Shown piece by piece: positions 57,033 through 64,000 of a stretch of 64,000 nucleotides of DNA (positions are counted from its first letter, which is position 1; each line of letters begins with the position of its first letter). The stretch comes from Candidatus Kerfeldbacteria bacterium CG15_BIG_FIL_POST_REV_8_21_14_020_45_12 (GTDB lineage: Bacteria; Patescibacteriota; Patescibacteriia; UBA9570; XYC2-FULL-38-9): assembly GCA_002781785.1 (NCBI GenBank), contig PFGC01000050.1, positions 6,304 through 70,303 on the forward strand, in the 5' to 3' direction. A model generated the notes under the pieces. That model was given only the letters and a program-made list of their open reading frames with translations. It had not been told where the DNA came from and did no database searches. The position numbers were made by a program, and so were the translations under genes.

Positions 57033-57836
57033 ATGTTTCTCGAGATTTTCCAATTTGAGTTTATGCAGCGAGCTTTTTTAGCTGGAGCTGTGATTGCTGT
57101 GATCGCTCCCCTGATTGGAAATTACCTAGTTGTTCGTCGTTACTCCCTGATGTTTGACACGCTGGCACATGTCGGTCTAACCGGAGTAGCGATTGGCGTT
57201 CTACTACACACCCAGCCAGTTGTCACCGCAATAGTGGTTACGGTGCTAGCGGCACTGGGAATAGAGTATCTCCGTGAGCGCAGGGAAATTCTTGGAGAAT
57301 CAGTGCTGGCCATCTTCCTGTCAGGCAGTTTGGCATTGGCCGTAGTTTTGATGAGTATAGCCGGAGGTTTAAATGTTGATTTGTTAAGTTTCCTATTCGG
57401 TAGCATTACCACTGTTACCTCAACTGACTTGTATTTCATATTAATTCTCGGCGCAGTTACTATTCTGACAATCGTTCTGCTCTATAAAGAACTCTTTTTA
57501 ATTTCATTTGACCAGGAGTTAGCGCGCGCCAATGGCTTGCCTGTTCGTTTGCTCAATAACCTTATTGTTGTTTTAGCGGCCATTACCGTAGCTTTGTCTA
57601 TGCGCATTGTTGGCGCTCTACTCATTGGTGCTTTAATGGTTATCCCGGTGGTGGCGGCTGTGCAAGCACGGCGGAGCTTTGTTCAGACGATACTAATTTC
57701 AATTGTCATTGCTGCCCTGTCCGTTTTCTTTGGATTAATCTTTTCGTACTACTTTGACCTAGCCAGCGGTGGCACAATTGTGCTCCATACCTTAGCTTTT
57801 TTCGCACTTAGTCTGTTGTTTACGCGCAAGACTTAG
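57033..57836 (+). CDS. ABC-3 family metal permease (ZnuB/MntC-like)
   Basis: 267 aa, 8 TM helices, ABC-3 family pattern; translationally coupled to the ATPase. Confidence 0.85.
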   Translation: MFLEIFQFEFMQRAFLAGAVIAVIAPLIGNYLVVRRYSLMFDTLAHVGLTGVAIGVLLHTQPVVTAIVVTVLAALGIEYLRERREILGESVLAIFLSGSLALAVVLMSIAGGLNVDLLSFLFGSITTVTSTDLYFILILGAVTILTIVLLYKELFLISFDQELARANGLPVRLLNNLIVVLAAITVALSMRIVGALLIGALMVIPVVAAVQARRSFVQTILISIVIAALSVFFGLIFSYYFDLASGGTIVLHTLAFFALSLLFTRKT

Positions 57837-57860
57837 CTTGGAATTGTTAGTTGCCTAATT

Positions 57861-57890
57861 AAAAAACGAGAGCATTCGCTCTCGTTTTTT
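57861..57890. terminator. bidirectional terminator (aaaaaacgagagc-attc-gctctcgtttttt)
   Basis: Perfect hairpin flanked by an A-run and a T-run, between the permease gene and the convergent small Cys-rich ORF. Confidence 0.6.
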
Positions 57891-57904
57891 AATTTCAAGT
57901 TTGT

Positions 57905-58069
57905 TTACTCGCCAGCTTCAGTTTGTGTCATGACCTCTGTGTGTTGAGTGTCCTCACAGTGGCACTCTGTTAATGGCTGGTCATGCTTGGGGCAAGTCTC
58001 TGCTTGGCAGGTACCCGGTGTATTTGATAGGCCCCCACACCCACCGGTACATACATAATGACTATCCAT
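57905..58069 (-). CDS. small Cys-rich protein (54 aa, 7 Cys), possible metal-binding
   Basis: Not in the ORF track because it is under 60 aa. Sequence: MDSHYVCTGGCGGLSNTPGTCQAETCPKHDQPLTECHCEDTQHTEVMTQTEAGE. It is convergent with the metal ABC transporter genes. Confidence 0.35.
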   Translation of the reverse strand: MDSHYVCTGGCGGLSNTPGTCQAETCPKHDQPLTECHCEDTQHTEVMTQTEAGE

Positions 58070-58114
58070 AATTTTTTTGTTTATTGATTAAGATGCTAAT
58101 AATATGACCCTGAC

Positions 58115-59194
58115 TTATTTAGTTGTTAACTTTCTATATTTACTCCAATCTGATTTTTCACCTGTTACGTAAATTGCTCGCACTCTAACTTTATATTTCT
58201 TGGCTGATTTCAGGAATTTCTTCTTCAGCTGTTTTTTCTTGACTGTGATTCCAGTAAAGACGTGCTTCTTCTTATTACCTTTCCAAAGCTGGAGTGTGTA
58301 TCTGTCGATGTAGGTGTTGCCTGTCCATTTTACCAGGGCTCGTCTTTTTTTAATTTTCTTAACAATTGGCTGAGCTTGTCTTGTGTTAGACAACTTCCTT
58401 TTTGTGGTGGCTGTCACGGTATCCTGTGCTAGCACACAATTATCACTGCTTAGAGCTCGTACTTGAAAGAAATATTCTGTCTTAGCACTTAATCCAGAAA
58501 CAATACTGGAAGCGTCGTCAGTCATGTCTTCAGTCTCTGCTGTGTCGTTATCAATTGCTGTCTGACTTGTAGCGTAGGCTAGCGAGTAGCTACCAACTGC
58601 GCTGTCTGTGTATGTGCCTCTTTCCATATCTACGTTCGTTCCGAAGACAGTGGCGTCAACTCCGTTAAGTTCAGCGGTTTCAATAGCGGCACAGGGATCT
58701 TCCGCTATTGTGAAAGAATCCGACATGGTGTAGTCATCGTCGGTAGCCTCAAAAGCAGATGACATGCCAATTGCGTAATCGCCTTCCGTTAAAGTATTAG
58801 TTACACCAGTTAACGTAATGGTGTAACTTCCAGAAGTTAGGTCATCAGTAAGTAGCAGGCTGTAGGCATTGTCATTATCAACACTGTCTCCAGTTGCACT
58901 AACATCATCAGACGAAAGAGTTGCTACACTAAAGTCAAAAGTAGTGTCGTCGCTTGAACCGACAATTCCATCAGTCACTTCGTACATTTTTATGTTAACA
59001 CCACCGCCAGTGAAAATGCCAAAAGCAATCGGAAATGAGATAACGTATGTAGCTTCATTGCCAGTAGCTCTACTGGAGACGCTGTCAATTGTTACCGAAG
59101 TAATGTTGGAATCAGAGGCAAAGGCTGTTGTTGGTAGTAGACTTACTAGAGCCAAGCCAAGTCCTGTGATAAATATCCCCACTGTTTTTTTCAT
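58115..59194 (-). CDS. secreted surface protein with C-terminal Lys-rich Fn3-like module (paralog 4 of 4)
   Basis: 359 aa; signal peptide; C-terminus KRRALVKWTGNTYIDRYTLQLWKGNKKKHVF...YKVRVRAIYVTGEKSDWSKY. Confidence 0.55.
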   Translation of the reverse strand: MKKTVGIFITGLGLALVSLLPTTAFASDSNITSVTIDSVSSRATGNEATYVISFPIAFGIFTGGGVNIKMYEVTDGIVGSSDDTTFDFSVATLSSDDVSATGDSVDNDNAYSLLLTDDLTSGSYTITLTGVTNTLTEGDYAIGMSSAFEATDDDYTMSDSFTIAEDPCAAIETAELNGVDATVFGTNVDMERGTYTDSAVGSYSLAYATSQTAIDNDTAETEDMTDDASSIVSGLSAKTEYFFQVRALSSDNCVLAQDTVTATTKRKLSNTRQAQPIVKKIKKRRALVKWTGNTYIDRYTLQLWKGNKKKHVFTGITVKKKQLKKKFLKSAKKYKVRVRAIYVTGEKSDWSKYRKLTTK

Positions 59195-59332
59195 AAATCT
59201 ATATATTACAAGTCTTTTGTATTGTCGTAAGCACTAATATTACGCAGTATAGCATGATACGGTTTTTACTTATGGCTGATGACTACATTTGCAATTGACT
59301 TTAAATCCAGTATCTATAGAATTTAGGAAACT

Positions 59333-59890
59333 ATGGAACCATACAGATTATTTAACAGGGAGCTTAAGACAGTCGGTGAGCCGGAAATTACGGTAGAGGC
59401 TGTACCACCCTTAGCCGTCCCTTACTATTCTCAGCCAGACGATTATTCCTGTGGGGCCGCCTGCTTAAAGATGATGTTGGAATATAATGGCATCAAAACT
59501 TCGTTAGCCGACTTGATGTCCCACCTCAACGTTATTGAGGATGACGGTCCGATGGGTGGACTGCAGGAAGAAGATATTGTTGCTCTTGCCGATAGGTTAG
59601 GTGCTAGAGCCTCGGGTAAGGGTGACGCCAGTATTAACGATATTATTCTAGAGCTTAAAGCTGGTCGATCAGTCATGATTGGCTATCTGGTTAGAGAGGA
59701 AGATGGTCAAGTCAATGGGCACTTCGTTGTCGCTGTTGGCTCTACAGAACACGACCTGATAGTTCATGATCCTTGGGGAGAGCCTAATTCACCAGTTCCG
59801 CTAGATTACCTAGATAAAAATTGGAAGGCCGAATCTAGCAAGGTAGACCGCTGGATGATGACCATGTCCCCTACAAAAAAAGAGCCCTAG
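59333..59890 (+). CDS. papain-like cysteine peptidase, C39-like (Peptidase_C39_2 / BtrH-like) domain
   Basis: 185 aa; VPYYSQPDDYSCGAACLKMMLEYNG motif with the catalytic Cys context and a downstream His. Confidence 0.55.
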   Translation: MEPYRLFNRELKTVGEPEITVEAVPPLAVPYYSQPDDYSCGAACLKMMLEYNGIKTSLADLMSHLNVIEDDGPMGGLQEEDIVALADRLGARASGKGDASINDIILELKAGRSVMIGYLVREEDGQVNGHFVVAVGSTEHDLIVHDPWGEPNSPVPLDYLDKNWKAESSKVDRWMMTMSPTKKEP

Positions 59891-59908
59891 GCTCTATTTT
59901 TGTATCTG

Positions 59909-59981
59909 TCGGGGCGCTGAGACTCGAACTCAGGATCTCATGGTCCCAAACCATGCGCCTTACCAACTAGGCCACGCCCCG
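59909..59981 (-). tRNA. tRNA-Pro (anticodon TGG)
   Basis: Acceptor CGGGGCG/CGCCCCG, D arm GCCT-AGTTGGTA-AGGC, anticodon stem CATGG/CCATG with loop TTTGGGA (G37), T arm CTGAG-TTCGAGT-CTCAG; a hairpin terminator follows at ~59873-59903. Confidence 0.85.
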
Positions 59982-60064
59982 GTATATATTTACAAAGCTC
60001 CTTTCAGAACCGTATCATCCTACCAAAACCTAAAAAAAAAGCAATGGTCGAGGTCCAGCACGAT

Positions 60065-60292
60065 CTAAAGTTGCCCGAGTAGCACTAGACCTCCAAACAG
60101 GCAGGCGAGCACTACAATTAGTCCTAAAATAAGGTAAATCAAAAAAAGCACCCTTTGCCTTTCAACTAAAGGCTGCTCTCGCATGAGGAATAAGCCAGCT
60201 ACGGCCATTACCAAAGCGGCGGCCATTACCCCAAAACTAAAGAAGAGGTTTTGCTGTACCAGGACTAATAAATCGTACACAAAGGAGAACAT
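60065..60292 (-). CDS. small hypothetical membrane protein
   Basis: 75 aa, two TM helices. Confidence 0.3.
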   Translation of the reverse strand: MFSFVYDLLVLVQQNLFFSFGVMAAALVMAVAGLFLMREQPLVERQRVLFLIYLILGLIVVLACLFGGLVLLGQL

Positions 60293-60350
60293 AGGCTCAT
60301 CTTACCGTTTATACGAAAAAACGCCACCTATTAGTGACGTTTTTTACTTG

Positions 60351-60422
60351 TGCCGGGGGGCAGGATTGAACTGCCGACACGAGGATTTTCAGTCCTCTGC
60401 TCTACCACTGAGCTACCCCGGC
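60351..60422 (-). tRNA. tRNA-Phe (anticodon GAA)
   Basis: Acceptor GCCGGGG/CCCCGGC, anticodon stem GAGGA/TCCTC with loop CTGAAAA, T arm GGCAG-TTCAATC-CTGCC. Confidence 0.85.
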
Positions 60423-60477
60423 TAATGCAAAATAGCCAAATCAGAATATCAGGCTGACTCGTCTCAGTCAAGCTCCT

Positions 60478-60783
<306 letters not shown>

Positions 60784-60801
60784 TTCGGTATTCCGTAAAC
60801 T

Positions 60802-62289
60802 TTACTCAAAGGAAGCCCTCTGGGCAGCTACTGCGCCTGAGCAAATTTCTACATACCGAGAAGGCGCACCGCTGCACATGGATTCTGCTGTTGGCAGCGA
60901 TCCTACCTGGTTTAGATACATATTGGCTATTCCAGCTGCGCAGTTTTGCTGATCAGTAGAAGTCGGTGCGTTGTCACATAAGTTAAAGACAGCTGCTGGG
61001 GTGGTTATGTTCCTTTTTATTGCCTCAGCTCCAATACCTTGCATACAGAAGTTCACAAAATCAGCCTTGACCGCAGCGCACTTGGCAAAAACATCCTCGT
61101 ATGGAATTTCCAAGGTTTCAATAAAATAGCTAGGTAGATACAAATAACAAAAAGCCGATTCGTTAACCCGGCCTAAGCAAGTTTCTGTTGGGTCACCAGG
61201 GTCCACAAACCGACTTTCATTGGCCAGTAGTTCATTATTGAAAATCTCCATGTAGACGCCATTATTGCAAGCACCGGCCCCACTACCACCGAAGCTGTCC
61301 TCACATAATTTAAGAGATTCATCCAAGTCACCCCCTGTTAGATACATCAAACCATGTCCTACACCATGCTGACACTCCCATAGATCAAAATTACGTCCAG
61401 TTGTGGCGCTGTATGCCTCACATTGGCCTGGGAGGTCCTGTAGGGGATTTGCTGCCTTTGAAAAGTAGGCTTCAAATACGCCATGAATATAGCCTGAGTT
61501 ACAAAATGAGCTCTGGTAGTTAGTAGCGCCTTGGAAGCTTCCATATTTGCTATACGCCACCTGTCCAATGTCATGTAGTAAGTCATGGCAAAGCGTCGAT
61601 ACCGTTGGATCTGTTTCAGAGTCTTGCTGCAACGTCTCTATTGCATGACTTGGATCTGCTTCCCGGGTTAGTGCCGTATAGTGCTCAGATAAGACGTTGA
61701 ACCGATCGTGCGCGCCAACCGTCGTGGCTAGCTCTACTTCGGGCTTGGCTAAAAAGAAGATCGGCTGCGGCCAGATTCCAATGACGCGAAGCACCGAAGC
61801 GATTTTTATAATTGATCTTCTAGTCGCTAAGTCAGGATTAGCCACTGCATCACTTGCTTCATCCTGGACTACAACAGATCCAGTCAGGTGAGGCCAGAGA
61901 TGATCGTGATAGAGGAATGTTCCGGCTCGATCAAACCTAAATGACCAGCTGTCGCCTGACGCAATAGGCCCACAGGCGTCGAAGGCAGCTGACTGACTAT
62001 TTAGACAGTGCTGCTCCAGAGTAGAGTCGTCATAAAAAGTGTGGGTAGGATGACTATCTGAGGCAGGCCACCTTTCCTCGTTGCTTAGGTTTTCAAACAC
62101 AACCTCTTCTCCTCGGGAAACGGTTATCAAAGCAGGTACATAACCCGTGTCAGTTATGTGGACTACTACAGAACCACTGGAGCTTGTCTCGTGAGCCGCT
62201 ACAGGAGCCGCTAGTGGCAGACTGGAGGCAACGCCTACTACCGTTGATACAATCAATTTCCAGAAAAGTCGCGATGAGAATTCTTTCAT
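60802..62289 (-). CDS. secreted cupredoxin-like domain protein with large Cys-rich C-terminal domain
   Basis: Signal peptide from the internal Met (MKEFSSRLFWKLIVSTVVGVASSLPLAAPVAA). I chose this start because the track start at 62373 overlaps tRNA-Ile. The cupredoxin-like segment is VVFENL...SHPTH...FLYHDHLWPHLTGSVVV, followed by ~330 aa with ~20 Cys. Confidence 0.5.
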   Translation of the reverse strand: MKEFSSRLFWKLIVSTVVGVASSLPLAAPVAAHETSSSGSVVVHITDTGYVPALITVSRGEEVVFENLSNEERWPASDSHPTHTFYDDSTLEQHCLNSQSAAFDACGPIASGDSWSFRFDRAGTFLYHDHLWPHLTGSVVVQDEASDAVANPDLATRRSIIKIASVLRVIGIWPQPIFFLAKPEVELATTVGAHDRFNVLSEHYTALTREADPSHAIETLQQDSETDPTVSTLCHDLLHDIGQVAYSKYGSFQGATNYQSSFCNSGYIHGVFEAYFSKAANPLQDLPGQCEAYSATTGRNFDLWECQHGVGHGLMYLTGGDLDESLKLCEDSFGGSGAGACNNGVYMEIFNNELLANESRFVDPGDPTETCLGRVNESAFCYLYLPSYFIETLEIPYEDVFAKCAAVKADFVNFCMQGIGAEAIKRNITTPAAVFNLCDNAPTSTDQQNCAAGIANMYLNQVGSLPTAESMCSGAPSRYVEICSGAVAAQRASFE

Positions 62290-62366
62290 GTAGTAATTGT
62301 AGCAAGCTTCTGGCACGCCAGCACTTATGTTACAAAAAAGCCCGCCTAAGCGGACTTCTTTTAGTG

Positions 62367-62440
62367 TGGGCATGCCTGGACTCGAACCAGGGACCTCTAC
62401 ATTATCAGTGTAGTGCTCTAACCAGCTGAGCTACATGCCC
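62367..62440 (-). tRNA. tRNA-Ile (anticodon GAT)
   Basis: Acceptor GGGCATG/CATGCCC, anticodon stem CTACA/TGTAG with loop CTGATAA, T arm CCTGG-TTCGAGT-CCAGG; downstream of 16S, as in rRNA operon spacers. Confidence 0.85.
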
Positions 62441-62707
62441 GAATTTTCTAGCTGAATCATGCTACCAGATGAAAATTAGACTGTAAAGTCCCACCCCATA
62501 AAACTAAAATAGAAATAAACAAAAACGCCCCTGAAGGCGCTTAAGCGTTTAACTTCTGAATACACGACCGATCGAGCGCCTATCGTCAAAGCTTACTCTA
62601 CGATGTACCACAGCTTTATTCAAACTGTAGCACCAACACCTAGATATCATCCAAATGTTGTCGACCAAGTGACTGTAACGTGTGAACGCTACAGCATTAA
62701 ACTCCCT

Positions 62708-64000
<1,293 letters not shown>

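Noticed and set aside
62290-62373. N-terminal 28 codons of the track ORF 60802..62373
   Set aside because: They overlap the 3' end of tRNA-Ile. The signal peptide begins at the internal Met.

Overview
This 64 kb window appears to come from a low-GC, small-genome, Gram-positive-like bacterium. The gene content and a partial 16S rRNA at the 3' edge are compatible with a CPR/Saccharibacteria-type or Firmicutes-like organism; that placement is an inference I did not check against any database. The window is dense with housekeeping genes: hup, ymdB-rny, clpP, nrnA, rbfA-infB, bactofilin, trxA-trxB, gdhA, rnhB-yraN, nusA, ppa, tig, nfo, thyA-folA, a znuCB-like ABC transporter, ten tRNAs, and a partial 16S rRNA followed by tRNA-Ile.

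Six things stand out beyond ordinary annotation:
- **High-GC islets.** Four short islets each carry a single gene, and composition suggests they are foreign: a 599-aa protein with a C-terminal class III nucleotidyl cyclase domain, an EamA/DMT transporter, and two hypothetical proteins. GC is roughly 60% or more by eye, against a mid-40s background.
- **Palindrome-regulated locus.** A TrmB-family regulator sits among five copies of the 16-bp palindrome TGTTCCACGTGGAACA. The copies lie at its own start codon, at the start of a Nudix gene, upstream of a tRNA-Ala, and next to an unannotated 72-aa Cys-rich peptide with a SCIFF-like C-terminus.
- **Surface protein family.** Four dispersed paralogous secreted proteins share a lysine-rich fibronectin-III-like C-terminal module.
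- **Split PiT transporter.** A PiT phosphate transporter is split into two convergent half-genes on opposite strands.
- **Cupredoxin-domain proteins.** Two secreted cupredoxin-domain proteins are present, one with thrombospondin-3-like acidic Ca-binding repeats.
- **Poly-Lys microsatellite.** An (AAG)11 microsatellite encodes a poly-Lys tail on a PspC-domain protein.

No CRISPR array, integrase or transposase was seen.
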